DNA of 64,000 nucleotides, from the IMG/VR virus record IMGVR_UViG_3300009128_000012. The stretch is one strand, 5' to 3'. Of this stretch, positions 26,941-36,518 are shown piece by piece (positions within the stretch are counted from its first letter, which is position 1; each line of letters opens with the position of its first letter). The notes beneath the pieces are model-generated. The model was not told where the DNA came from. It made no database searches and was given only the letters and a program-made list of their open reading frames with translations. Origin of the DNA: an uncultured virus (IMG/VR IMGVR_UViG_3300009128_000012). Taxonomy: Duplodnaviria; Heunggongvirae; Uroviricota; Caudoviricetes. Made by a program: the position numbers and the translations under genes.

Positions 26941-29682
26941 CTAGTTCAGCTCCATGGCGAGCGCGGTGCCCTCGATGCTCCAGCCCGTCAAGCGGCCGGC
27001 CTTGATGGCAGCCCACAGGGCGTCGTCCAGCACTCGGGCGGCGAGCAGCCACGTGCCCTCCGTGACGTGCTGACCCTCCATGTCGAAGTCGACGGGTGCC
27101 AGGTAGGACTCGAGGATCTTGATCTTGGCCTCTGGCAGAGTCCGCTCGTGCATCAGGCCCAAGACCGGCGAGAACTCCATAAAGAAGTGAGCTGCCTTAC
27201 GAACCTCCTCCTCGCTGTAGATGTCCCCCTGGGAGTCCACTTCGTTCGGCACCAGCACCACACCCAGAACGTAGCGCTCCTCCTCATCCTCATCATCCAC
27301 CGGTGGCTTGGTCTCGTATTTGAGCAGCTGAATCTGGGTGTCTTGCAGCAGCGTCTTCGGTAGATCACTCGGCAGCTCCGGCATCTCCATCTTCTGAACC
27401 GAGGCCAGCAGCCGGCGCGCCTTCGCCGCTGTCTTGTCCTTCACGGACTGCGGCAGCTTGCTCTGCGGGATGCGGGACAGGGCATTCCGCAAGTGCGGCG
27501 CGTCCAGCTTGCCGTTGTGGTCCCGCACGGGGAAGTGCCGCAGGGCCCTCGGCACGGTCTTGCCCTCCGAGTCCTTCTTACCACCGGACTCGATGTGCAG
27601 GAATGCGCTGTCCGGCAAGTCGTTGATGTACTTGGTGCTCCACTTGATCTTGGAGACAGTTTCCGCCACGTCCTCATCGGTGGCGTCCTCGATCAGCTCC
27701 TCCATGTAGTACTTGGTGACCACCTTGCCGATGGCACCCCCGACAAACATGAGCTGCTCCCCGGTCACGAAGCCGGAGGCCATCAGCTCATCCCGGCGCT
27801 GAGTCCGCTTGGCCACATCGCTCTCACGCCAGTACTGCATCTCCCGGGGCACCAGCTTCTTCACCCCCACCGGCAACCCCGACCACCCTTGTGGCGGCAC
27901 GTCAGCCTCGGCCTTGAGCACATTAGGTAACAGGTCGTCTGTCAGCGTGGCGGTCCAGTAGGGATCCTCCTCACCCTGCTTCTCCACCAGCAGCCGGCCG
28001 AAGAGCTGCTTATCCCGCTCCAAGAAGTACTCATGGCTGCTCTTGGTGATGAGCCCGCAGGTCACAGCCGGCCGCGCCACCGCCAACATCGCACCCACTT
28101 CGTCGTCGGCTGCTCCGGTCTCACCCGGCGCGAAGGACTCCTCCTCGACATCCAGCCACGGGTTGGGCTGCGCACCCTTGCACACGCAGAACACCCGCTC
28201 GGGCGCCAGCAACGCCTTGATGTGCGAGCTGCCGGTGACGGTGAAGGCCTTGGCCAGCCCGCGAAGTCCCTCAAGGTCTAGCGGCGGCATGTCCGCCGCC
28301 GCATGTTGACAAGCCAGCGCGTAGCTCACCGTCTCGTCGCCCACCTCCATCCGCATGTCAACGTGCAGCCTGTTGCCGCGGGCATGTAGGTGCAACACAC
28401 CTCGACCCGGGCGGTCCTCGCCCACAAGCCGCGGGGCGCCCTTGTTGATAGGCTCCACCCCGGCTGCCAGCAACTCGACCTCGCTGCAGCGGGCCTCGCT
28501 GCGCTTGGCGATCTGGTTATACAGGGTGGCAAGGCGGTCCTCAACCTCATCAGGCGGCAGCTCGTCCGGAGCGCTCTGGGCGTCCTCCAAGCTAGGCAGA
28601 TCTGGGCGCCGCACAGCCTCCTCTACAGTAAACTCCACCCCGCACTTTGCGCCCGCTTCTTTGAGCAGGCGCTGCGCGTCCTGCGCCATCTGCTCGGTCA
28701 GAGCACCGAGCGTCGGCGCTCTCGAAAGCGGCCCGTCGAGTAGCTCTTGTGCTCGCGAGTGCAGCGGCTGCAACATCTCCACCGGCAGCCCTTTGATCAC
28801 ATCCTCCGCCACGTCTACGAAGAACACCCATGGGGTGGGATCGGGCCCGACGGCCTTCTCCAACGACAACATGGTGCGCACGCTCTTCAGCAGCTGCTCG
28901 GCATGTGCAGCCTGCCGGCAACGTGCCGGCAGCATGCCTGCCAGCGACTCCACACTGCCAGCGAGGACAGCCCCCAACTCGAACGGTGGGGTGGTGCTCT
29001 CCATGCGCGGCAGCGGGTCCTCGTCGACGGCTTTGAGCACCCCGGCGCTCTCAGCATGCACCATCTCCAGCAGCGGCTCCAGATGCGCCAGGTCGATACG
29101 GGCCTGCCCACGCACCTCCAAAAGCTTTTCCAGTCTGGCAGCCACAGCCGGCAGCTGCTGCAGGGCAACTCCTGTGGCTGAGTGCGCCAGCGACAGGATG
29201 CTGACGCCCTCACCGGATATGCTCTGGACGAAGCCACTGTCCTTGGTGACATCCTCCTCGTATCGTGGTGGCGGCAGCTCCTTGCTGACAGCCAGCAGCC
29301 GCGGCGACGGCCATGCTTGCGCTTGCTTCACCACGTTGCAGTAGAGCCGGCGCTGTTTGGGCCAACGCTCCTTCCGCATCTCGTCGGTCATGCCGTGCTT
29401 CTTGACGGATAGCCGGAACTCAGGGATGGACATGGGTCGGGGCTCGTCCAGCTGGACGGTGCCGTAGGCCATGTCCTGGTCCGTGAGCAGGAGCGAGCCG
29501 CTGCAGGCCAGCGGCTCGCGCGAGACCACAAGGGTGATCTCGCCCTTGCACACCCGCTCGGGCATACCTGGGGGAAGCATCAGCCTGTTCGCGGGCGTCT
29601 CCGCCGCTTGCTGCGCGGCCGCCTGCAGCATCCTGTTCGCGCGCTGCAGCGCCTCCCGTACTTCTCTCAGCTCATCGGACAT
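26941..29682 (-). CDS. Multidomain prohead protease (C-terminal XkdF/S78-like domain)
   Basis: GVVLVPNEVDSQGD...LMH...ILESY...GTW...IKAGRLTGWSIEG; ATG at 29682 with GAGGAG SD. Confidence 0.85.
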   Translation of the reverse strand: MSDELREVREALQRANRMLQAAAQQAAETPANRLMLPPGMPERVCKGEITLVVSREPLACSGSLLLTDQDMAYGTVQLDEPRPMSIPEFRLSVKKHGMTDEMRKERWPKQRRLYCNVVKQAQAWPSPRLLAVSKELPPPRYEEDVTKDSGFVQSISGEGVSILSLAHSATGVALQQLPAVAARLEKLLEVRGQARIDLAHLEPLLEMVHAESAGVLKAVDEDPLPRMESTTPPFELGAVLAGSVESLAGMLPARCRQAAHAEQLLKSVRTMLSLEKAVGPDPTPWVFFVDVAEDVIKGLPVEMLQPLHSRAQELLDGPLSRAPTLGALTEQMAQDAQRLLKEAGAKCGVEFTVEEAVRRPDLPSLEDAQSAPDELPPDEVEDRLATLYNQIAKRSEARCSEVELLAAGVEPINKGAPRLVGEDRPGRGVLHLHARGNRLHVDMRMEVGDETVSYALACQHAAADMPPLDLEGLRGLAKAFTVTGSSHIKALLAPERVFCVCKGAQPNPWLDVEEESFAPGETGAADDEVGAMLAVARPAVTCGLITKSSHEYFLERDKQLFGRLLVEKQGEEDPYWTATLTDDLLPNVLKAEADVPPQGWSGLPVGVKKLVPREMQYWRESDVAKRTQRRDELMASGFVTGEQLMFVGGAIGKVVTKYYMEELIEDATDEDVAETVSKIKWSTKYINDLPDSAFLHIESGGKKDSEGKTVPRALRHFPVRDHNGKLDAPHLRNALSRIPQSKLPQSVKDKTAAKARRLLASVQKMEMPELPSDLPKTLLQDTQIQLLKYETKPPVDDEDEEERYVLGVVLVPNEVDSQGDIYSEEEVRKAAHFFMEFSPVLGLMHERTLPEAKIKILESYLAPVDFDMEGQHVTEGTWLLAARVLDDALWAAIKAGRLTGWSIEGTALAMELN

Positions 29683-29692
29683 GTGCTCCTCG

Positions 29693-30040
29693 CTATGTTG
29701 GGGTCCAGATGCTGGCCTCCGCGTTGGGCTCAGGGTCGAAGTCCACCCCATCGATGGCGCAGCGTAGCGCGTGCGGCATCAGGTCTAGCGTGCGCTCGAG
29801 GCCGAAGCCGAGGTCGCCGCGCGCCCGCCGGAACCAGGTCTCACACATCTTGAAGCGGCGCTTTGTTTCTGCCTGTGTGACCTTGACCTCTCTGTCAGGC
29901 TGCCGCTTCTGGTCCTCACCGAAGCTGCGCAGGATCGTGTCGTGCAGAACCTGCGCCACGCGAGCCATGTCCTGCTTGTTACTCAGCAGCTGCGCAAACG
30001 CCGTCTGCGACGAAGCTCCTGACGTGATGATGTGGGCCAT
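29693..30040 (-). CDS. Hypothetical protein
   Basis: 115 aa ORF with SD between portal and protease genes. Confidence 0.6.
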   Translation of the reverse strand: MAHIITSGASSQTAFAQLLSNKQDMARVAQVLHDTILRSFGEDQKRQPDREVKVTQAETKRRFKMCETWFRRARGDLGFGLERTLDLMPHALRCAIDGVDFDPEPNAEASIWTPT

Positions 30041-30066
30041 ACCCTTCTCCTGTACCTGTGGGGCCG

Positions 30067-31875
30067 CTACTCGCCCGGCGAGCCGGGCTTGTGGGCGGCT
30101 AGTGGGGCCAACGGAGTGCCTGCGCGGTTTTGCAGTGGCTCCGGGCGCCGGTTGTCGTGGTTCGAGGACCGGGCTGAAGGCTCCAGCGGGCTTGTGGTCT
30201 GGTCGCGGTGTTGATCTTCCGGCTGGTCGCCGCCGGAAGTCTCTGGCAGCGCGCTACCCATCTGTGCCAGCGTGAGTGGCAGCGGGCGCCTGGTCCAGTC
30301 CTCTTGGATCTCGATGAAGGTCCGGTTGAAGATATCCTGCAGGAGCTCGCGCCCCTCCTTGGGTAGTAGGATGCCGGCCTTGACCAGGTCGCACACCATG
30401 ATGCTCATGCGCTCGGGATCCCGAGTCACCGGCGCATTCGACCGGAACACCCAGAACAAGATGCTGAGTGCCGGAAGCAGAGTCCTGTTGATCCAGTCGT
30501 CGAAGTCCTCTCGCTCTGGCTCGAAGACCTGCTCCTCAGCAAAGCGCAGCGAGGCCCACGCTGTGGCCTTGTTCACCTGGCTGTCATCCCCGCGAAGCAT
30601 CCGCGGCAGCCGAAACGACCGGGCCACCTTGGCCTCGTTCTGCTGGTCGTAGTTTTGAAAGAGCGCGTCTGTCTGCTGAACGTCGCGCAGCGGGACGAAC
30701 TGCAGCTTGGGCGTCGTGCGAGCTGTATCTCCGGTGGCGCTGCGTTGCGACTGCGCCTCCAGCACCAGGATGCGGTGGATCCCCTTGCGACCCTTGAGGT
30801 GCTCGTCGATGAACTCCTCGATCTTGGTGGCGACGCCGCTGCCGAAACGACCGCCGGCGCACAACAGCGCCAACGGCGGGACGGTGTTGTTCTTGAAGTA
30901 GTTGAGGTTGACCTCATCCAGCTCCCGGGAGCCCAGGACAGAAGGCGCAGTCGCCACCCACCGTGGGACGCCGTAGGCCGACGTGGGGCTCTCGATGCGA
31001 AAGTGGACCAGCTCGGTAGCTGGCAGCGCTCCTTCCTCTTCCGCCTGCAGCTCTTCGAGGTCCTCATAGGCCTTGCCGGTGTTGCGGGATACAACCCGCG
31101 GGTCGCCGAACTCCTTGAAGTAGATTGGGTCAGCCTTATCCTGTAGCTTCAGGTGCCGCCGGAAGCGCTTGTGGTGCTCGACATCCCGCCACTTGATGTC
31201 GGTCACGCGCTCCTTGATGGTGTAGGCCGTGTACTCCTCGTCGCGGGCGTGCAGCCGCATCTTCAGCGGCGTCACGTAGTGCAGGTGAACGATCTCACCG
31301 AGCTTGTTGCGCGTGATCTCCCACCAGGTGTTGCCGAGCACTTCCAGGTCTTGCCGGGTCTTGCGACGCAGCTTGACGAAGCTGCTACCAGGTACGCAGT
31401 GGTCGAAGAAGGCGCGCTGCCGCACGAACTCCAGCCGCGCGCGCCGCCGGATGCGCTTCAAGTAGTCCTCGACCTCGTCCTCGGTCGGCTCCTCGACGGC
31501 GATCTCGTCACCCACGTCGTCGGACAGCAGCGCCCCATCGGCCTCGGCGCGCTCGTAGTACATGGCGTCGCCGATCTGCTTCGCGGCTTCCTCCGTGGTG
31601 AGATCCACGGAGGGGATGGCATGGTGGCCGAAGCTGTCGATGTTGGTCACGTAGGCGTCGATGCACGGCCGCAAGATCGAGGAGAACTCGAACAGGTCGT
31701 AGAGGGTCTGGAAGTCGTAGGGCGGCTCGAGGGCGCCCTGAGGCAGCTTCTCGCCAGCCGGCGCCGTGAGAGCCTCCAGCAAGTCTCTACGCTCTGTGGC
31801 ACCGCCCGCCACGGTGGCTTTGACGACAGCCACGTTCTGTTCAGGCTGTGCCTCTGTGTCCTTCGGTGTTGTCAT
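30067..31875 (-). CDS. Portal protein (PBSX family)
   Basis: LEPPYD, DLEVLGN.WWEI.RN..G, ELVHF...YGVPRW, NYFKNN..P, D..F..Y, FRLP. Confidence 0.92.
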   Translation of the reverse strand: MTTPKDTEAQPEQNVAVVKATVAGGATERRDLLEALTAPAGEKLPQGALEPPYDFQTLYDLFEFSSILRPCIDAYVTNIDSFGHHAIPSVDLTTEEAAKQIGDAMYYERAEADGALLSDDVGDEIAVEEPTEDEVEDYLKRIRRRARLEFVRQRAFFDHCVPGSSFVKLRRKTRQDLEVLGNTWWEITRNKLGEIVHLHYVTPLKMRLHARDEEYTAYTIKERVTDIKWRDVEHHKRFRRHLKLQDKADPIYFKEFGDPRVVSRNTGKAYEDLEELQAEEEGALPATELVHFRIESPTSAYGVPRWVATAPSVLGSRELDEVNLNYFKNNTVPPLALLCAGGRFGSGVATKIEEFIDEHLKGRKGIHRILVLEAQSQRSATGDTARTTPKLQFVPLRDVQQTDALFQNYDQQNEAKVARSFRLPRMLRGDDSQVNKATAWASLRFAEEQVFEPEREDFDDWINRTLLPALSILFWVFRSNAPVTRDPERMSIMVCDLVKAGILLPKEGRELLQDIFNRTFIEIQEDWTRRPLPLTLAQMGSALPETSGGDQPEDQHRDQTTSPLEPSARSSNHDNRRPEPLQNRAGTPLAPLAAHKPGSPGE

Positions 31876-31920
31876 CGTCGCAGTCTCCAGGGGGGTGCTG
31901 ACAGTGTCGCGCTGCCGATC

Positions 31921-31949
31921 ATGATACGAGCAGCCCCAGTTTGAGTCAA
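31921..31949 (-). promoter_or_regulatory. Sigma70-like promoter for the portal/head/tail operon
   Basis: TTGACT-17nt-TATCAT on the minus strand. Confidence 0.7.
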
Positions 31950-31960
31950 GCACGCCTGTG

Positions 31961-31989
31961 TTGCTGCAGCGCAGCCTGCGTGATATGAT
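31961..31989 (+). promoter_or_regulatory. Sigma70-like promoter for the fibre/lysis operon
   Basis: TTGCTG-17nt-TATGAT with extended TGn. Confidence 0.6.
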
Positions 31990-32025
31990 ATTGCCCCGAA
32001 GCGTCCAGAGACACAGGAGAATCCT

Positions 32026-32478
32026 ATGGCGTCAGATCCCGTACGTGTAGTAGGGCCCGTCTTCATCCGGCAGCACATCAAGGCTGGCAACCAGTTCAAC
32101 GGCGAGACCCCGCAGGACGGCACAACCGAGCTCGACCCGACCTACACGAGCTATGGATACGTGTTTGCTGCCGGCACCAAGGGCGGCCTCTTCGACCCGA
32201 CAGCCGTCACGAAGTACGGCTTCGACAAACCTGATGCCGTGGACCTGATCGGCGTCGAGATCTTGTTTGACGGCAACACAACTGCGTGGAAGATCGAGAA
32301 GATAAGCGCAGACGCGACACCGGTTGCCGTAACCCTGTGGGAAGGAACCAACGAGGCCCAGAAGGTGGTCCTGGAACCGACGAAGCTGACGCTGATATGG
32401 GGCGAGAAGATCCGTTTGACAACCACCGCGGCGACGGGCACAATGTCTGCGACGTTGAAATTTGAGCCGCACACATAG
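32026..32478 (+). CDS. Hypothetical beta-rich virion protein
   Basis: AGGAG SD; 150 aa; first gene of the divergent operon. Confidence 0.65.
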   Translation: MASDPVRVVGPVFIRQHIKAGNQFNGETPQDGTTELDPTYTSYGYVFAAGTKGGLFDPTAVTKYGFDKPDAVDLIGVEILFDGNTTAWKIEKISADATPVAVTLWEGTNEAQKVVLEPTKLTLIWGEKIRLTTTAATGTMSATLKFEPHT

Positions 32479-32528
32479 AGCAGCTGGACGGTGTTGAGGA
32501 ACTCACAACCAACAAATAGAGACCGCTG

Positions 32529-32771
32529 ATGCTGTGCACACCCGCACGCTCCGTGGTCGTACTCCGGCAGGATGAGTTCACCGCCACACAAGGCCAGACC
32601 GAATTCATTCTCTCGCGATTCCCCGTCAGCTCAAACTCCGTCACGCTTATCGTGCACGGTGTCTCTTACGACGACGTCAGCGACTTCACAGTCGTCGGTC
32701 GAACTGTAACCTGGCTTAACAACGCATTCTCACTCGACGCGGGTGACAAGGTGCACGCCAGATACACATAA
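32529..32771 (+). CDS. Small Ig-like virion domain protein
   Basis: EFTAT.GQT.F.L...V...V.G....DFTV.G.TVTW....L.AGD.V...Y; resembles the C-terminus of the next gene. Confidence 0.65.
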   Translation: MLCTPARSVVVLRQDEFTATQGQTEFILSRFPVSSNSVTLIVHGVSYDDVSDFTVVGRTVTWLNNAFSLDAGDKVHARYT

Positions 32772-32810
32772 TCAACCCCGCCCGGCAGGGCAACACAGGC
32801 GGAAACTCAC

Positions 32811-34586
32811 ATGGCAGCCAATATCGGAATCAGAGGAAAGCAGCTTGCCGACGAAACCGTCGACACCCTGCAGCTGGCGGGAGACGCCGTCACCAACGCC
32901 AAGATCGCGGACAACGCGGTCCAGCTCGAGAACATGGCGGACGACTCGGTCGACGAGTCGAACATCAAGGCCGCGGCGCTCGGCAACGGCATCGAAGGCG
33001 GCGGCGGCACGTCGCTGTCCCTGACCCTCGACGGCAGCACGCTGTCCCTCGGCGCGAGCGGCGTCAAGATCAACACCAACGGCGTCGACTCCAACGAGAT
33101 CAACGCCGACGCCGTCACGTCCTCGGAGCTGGACCTGACCGACGACTACGACTTCTCCGCCAGCGGCTCCGTCACGGTGGCCGCGCCCACCAACGACGGC
33201 CACGCGGCGACCAAGCTCTACGTGGACAACTCCGTCCAGGGCCTCGACGCCAAGCAGAGCGTGCGGGCGGCCACAACGGCCGACGGCACCCTCGCCACGG
33301 CCTTCGCCAACGGGCAGGCCATCGACGGCGTGACCCTCGCCACCGGGGACCGCATCCTGATCAAGGACCAGAGCAGCGCCGACGAGAACGGCATCTACAC
33401 CGTCAACGCCTCCGGCGCCCCGACGCGCGCCGTCGACATGAACGCCGCCGCCGAGTTCCCTGGCGCCTTCACCTTCGTCGAGGAGGGCACCAACAACGAC
33501 AACACCGGCTGGACCTGCACCGTGGCCAGCACGTTCATCATGGACACCGACGACTGCGACTGGGTCCAGTTCTCCCAGGCGGGCGTCATCCTGGCCGGCG
33601 ACGGCATGACCAAGACCGGCAACACCCTCGACGTCGTCGGCGGCGACGGCATCGTGGCCAACGCCGACTCCATCGAGGTCGACCTCAAGGCAAGCGGCGG
33701 CCTGAAGATCGACACCGCCGAGATCGCCGTCGAGCCCAACGACTTCGCCGGGGACGGCCTGGCCGACGACGGGTCCGACAACCTCAAGCTGGACCTCAAC
33801 GGGCTGGCCAACACCGAGACCAACATCGACTCCAACGACGTCATGGTGTTCGTGGACGGCAGCGACAGCAACATCACCAAGAAGATCACCATCGACAACG
33901 TGCTCGAGCAGGCCGCCGGCGACGGCCTCTCCCAGGGCAGCGGCTCCCTCGCCGTCAACACCGGCACCGCAGCCAACTCCGGCATCGAGACCGACTCCGA
34001 CAACCTGCGCATCGCCGCGGCCTGGGTGGGCAACGGCCTGTCCGGCGGCGGCGGCTCGGGCCTCGCCGTGGTGGCGCACGACGGCATCACCGTCGACGGC
34101 AGCGGCGTGTCCGTCAACCCCCGCAGCGGCTACGGCCTCTCCGTCGCCGGCACCGGCCTCGAGGTCGACCCCGCCGACCTGGTCTCCGGCGGCAGCGTCG
34201 AGATGGACGGTGACGACCTCGACATCACCTGGGCGCCCAGCAACTACACCCGGGACGCGTCCCCGAGCGAGTCGGCCACGATCAACAGCCTGACCGCCCA
34301 CCTCAAGGGCATCGACAACGAGCTGGCGTCCGCGGGCCTGGACTACCAGGAGGCCCTCACCGCGCAGGCCATCACCGGGGACACGGCGCTGACCGACACG
34401 CTGACCAACCCCCCCAAGGACAGCGCGACGGTCAAGCTGTACCTCAACGGCCTGATCCAGCGCCAGGGCGCCGGCCTGGACTACACCATCTCCGGCAGCA
34501 CCATCACCTGGCTGGCCGCCAGCGGCGAGGCGGTGGACCTCGAGGCCAACGACGACCTGTACGTCGTGTACGAGTACGCCGTCTAG
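32811..34586 (+). CDS. Fibre protein (head or tail fibre) with beta-spiral-like GDG repeats
   Basis: AATKLYVD...IDGVTLATGDRILIKDQ...NGIY...FVEEG domain; AGDG/GNGL repeats; extreme GC3 bias. Confidence 0.8.
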   Translation: MAANIGIRGKQLADETVDTLQLAGDAVTNAKIADNAVQLENMADDSVDESNIKAAALGNGIEGGGGTSLSLTLDGSTLSLGASGVKINTNGVDSNEINADAVTSSELDLTDDYDFSASGSVTVAAPTNDGHAATKLYVDNSVQGLDAKQSVRAATTADGTLATAFANGQAIDGVTLATGDRILIKDQSSADENGIYTVNASGAPTRAVDMNAAAEFPGAFTFVEEGTNNDNTGWTCTVASTFIMDTDDCDWVQFSQAGVILAGDGMTKTGNTLDVVGGDGIVANADSIEVDLKASGGLKIDTAEIAVEPNDFAGDGLADDGSDNLKLDLNGLANTETNIDSNDVMVFVDGSDSNITKKITIDNVLEQAAGDGLSQGSGSLAVNTGTAANSGIETDSDNLRIAAAWVGNGLSGGGGSGLAVVAHDGITVDGSGVSVNPRSGYGLSVAGTGLEVDPADLVSGGSVEMDGDDLDITWAPSNYTRDASPSESATINSLTAHLKGIDNELASAGLDYQEALTAQAITGDTALTDTLTNPPKDSATVKLYLNGLIQRQGAGLDYTISGSTITWLAASGEAVDLEANDDLYVVYEYAV

Positions 34587-34593
34587 TTCTGAC

Positions 34594-34625
34594 CACCAGC
34601 CTCCGGCTGCGGCCGGAGGCTGGTG
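34594..34625 (+). terminator. Strong hairpin after the fibre gene
   Basis: Perfect 14-bp inverted repeat CACCAGCCTCCGGC-TGCG-GCCGGAGGCTGGTG; no U-tract. Confidence 0.6.
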
Positions 34626-34745
34626 CCTCACTCCGCTGTCCTCCCACTTATCTACCCACCCATCCCCTAAAATTGACACGGGGCACACCGTTATGGCACC
34701 CTGCTGTATAAGTGCGTGGAAATTCCACAGGTATAGCGGGAGCCA

Positions 34746-35312
34746 ATGACTGACAAGCCGAAACTGATGCTGGTGGAGCCGCCCCCGCCGGAGCCGTGTC
34801 CCAAACAGGACCGGCGCGTCAAGCCCAAGCAGATGTTGGGCGTGGAGAGCCCAGCTGTAGTGATGCTGACTCCGGTGCTGCTCAACAAGGGCACAGCGTG
34901 GTGGTCCCATGAGGGGATCCTGGTCGGTGGCGTTGTCGTCAACCAGATCAGCAACGGCGACCACGACTGGGTGAAGGAGCCCCAAGCGTCCAATCTCATC
35001 GGGTACGCGCCGACGTGGGTGCCCAAGATCTGGCAGAAGAAGGCGTTCAACGTGTGCGTGGAGTACGAGGGCGAGCGCGAAGCAGCCTTCAGCCTTCGGG
35101 TGCACTACGGTTGTGGAGATCCGTCCGAGCTACACGTGCACGAGTCAGACCTGCTGACCGGCAACACTGAGGGGAAGTCGCGAGAGCGATTCCCTATCAC
35201 GCATATCGACCGCCGGGAGCTGCTCCGGGCTTCCCTCGAGATCCGACGAAACAACGGCCTACCCGTCCTCATCTACGGGGCCTGGCTCGAAATCGGCGTG
35301 GAGGCGATGTAG
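34746..35312 (+). CDS. Hypothetical protein
   Basis: GGGAG SD; 188 aa. Confidence 0.6.
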   Translation: MTDKPKLMLVEPPPPEPCPKQDRRVKPKQMLGVESPAVVMLTPVLLNKGTAWWSHEGILVGGVVVNQISNGDHDWVKEPQASNLIGYAPTWVPKIWQKKAFNVCVEYEGEREAAFSLRVHYGCGDPSELHVHESDLLTGNTEGKSRERFPITHIDRRELLRASLEIRRNNGLPVLIYGAWLEIGVEAM

Positions 35313-35315
35313 TCG

Positions 35316-36197
35316 ATGGTCCCTAGCATGATCCAGACCGGCGGCACGGAGCCAGTTCAGGTGTACGTGACCGACGTCTCCGGCCGGCCGCTGACCAGCA
35401 AGACCGATATCAAGCTCAGCGTCTGGCGTGCCTCGGACGGCTACTCACTGGACTGGAGCGATGATACCTTCAAGGCCTCCGGCTGGACTACCAGGCAGCA
35501 AGCACTCACCGAACTCGACGGGGTGAACCTGCGTGGCTGGTACCGGCTCGACAACACCAGTCACCCGAACGGCAAGCTCGACACATCGCAGTTCGCCAAC
35601 GCTGCGGTCAACGATACCTACTTCCTCACCGTGGAGCAGGTCGGCGGTGACGATGCAGGTAACGTACCGCAGGTCGGTGAGCTGAAGGTAGGGCACTATG
35701 CCGACAACCTCGACGCCAAGATCTCGCAGCGCGCAACGCCATCGGAGGTCAACACGCAAGTGCAGGCAGTCATCGTAGCGAACGACCTCGACCACCTGCT
35801 CAAGACCAACCCAGGTGCGGCGCCTGCCGGAACCAACACCTTCATCAAGCAGATACTGGACGGGATCGACTCGATCAGCACCGGTGGGTCACTTTACACC
35901 ATCAAGCAGTGCTGGAGTCTCAACCCGTCCACCGACGTCCTGTCGGGGCAGGTGTGGGCGGAGAAGGGCAACCTCGTGATCACCACCGTCGCGAGCCTGT
36001 CCGTCACCTGGTATGACATCGACGGGCAGGTGCTGTTCACCCTGACTGATGCCGCCCCCGACGCGCAGGGCTTCTTCAAGGTCAGCAAGTCCACCCCGGG
36101 GCTTGCGGACAACACGTCCTACTACTGTGTCGCCACCGTGACCCTGGCTGATACCAGCACAGTCAAGGCCGGCATGGGCCTGTTCACTATCGGATAG
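35316..36197 (+). CDS. Putative virion protein with two Ig-like domains
   Basis: Beta-rich N- and C-terminal domains joined by an NLDAKISQRA linker. Confidence 0.6.
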   Translation: MVPSMIQTGGTEPVQVYVTDVSGRPLTSKTDIKLSVWRASDGYSLDWSDDTFKASGWTTRQQALTELDGVNLRGWYRLDNTSHPNGKLDTSQFANAAVNDTYFLTVEQVGGDDAGNVPQVGELKVGHYADNLDAKISQRATPSEVNTQVQAVIVANDLDHLLKTNPGAAPAGTNTFIKQILDGIDSISTGGSLYTIKQCWSLNPSTDVLSGQVWAEKGNLVITTVASLSVTWYDIDGQVLFTLTDAAPDAQGFFKVSKSTPGLADNTSYYCVATVTLADTSTVKAGMGLFTIG

Positions 36198-36201
36198 CGG
36201 C

Positions 36202-36516
36202 ATGGCCCTTCTCCACTACAGCAACACGCAGAACCAGCCGGTCTTCCTCAATGCAACCATCAACGGGCCTACGCTTCTACCTGGCTTCGGGAGTCTGTAT
36301 CTCTCGTCGCCTGTCGTCGAGCTGCCAGCTGATGCCCGGCACACACTGGGCCTGCGCACTGCCGGGGCGCTGACACTTAACTGCAACTCCGAAGCCGCTG
36401 CCACCCTCGGGGGGCGCGCCGGGCCCACCTCTGTACTCAACACGCGTCTCGATGGCGCGAAGGTGCTGAACAACCCGGCAGAGCCCACCCCAACTCTCCA
36501 CCTGCGAAAGGCCTGA
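36202..36516 (+). CDS. Hypothetical protein
   Basis: 104 aa ORF that fits the operon spacing. Confidence 0.5.
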   Translation: MALLHYSNTQNQPVFLNATINGPTLLPGFGSLYLSSPVVELPADARHTLGLRTAGALTLNCNSEAAATLGGRAGPTSVLNTRLDGAKVLNNPAEPTPTLHLRKA

Positions 36517-36518
36517 CC

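Noticed and set aside
34673..34701. TTGACA after the fibre hairpin
   Set aside because: No acceptable -10 at 16-18 nt spacing.
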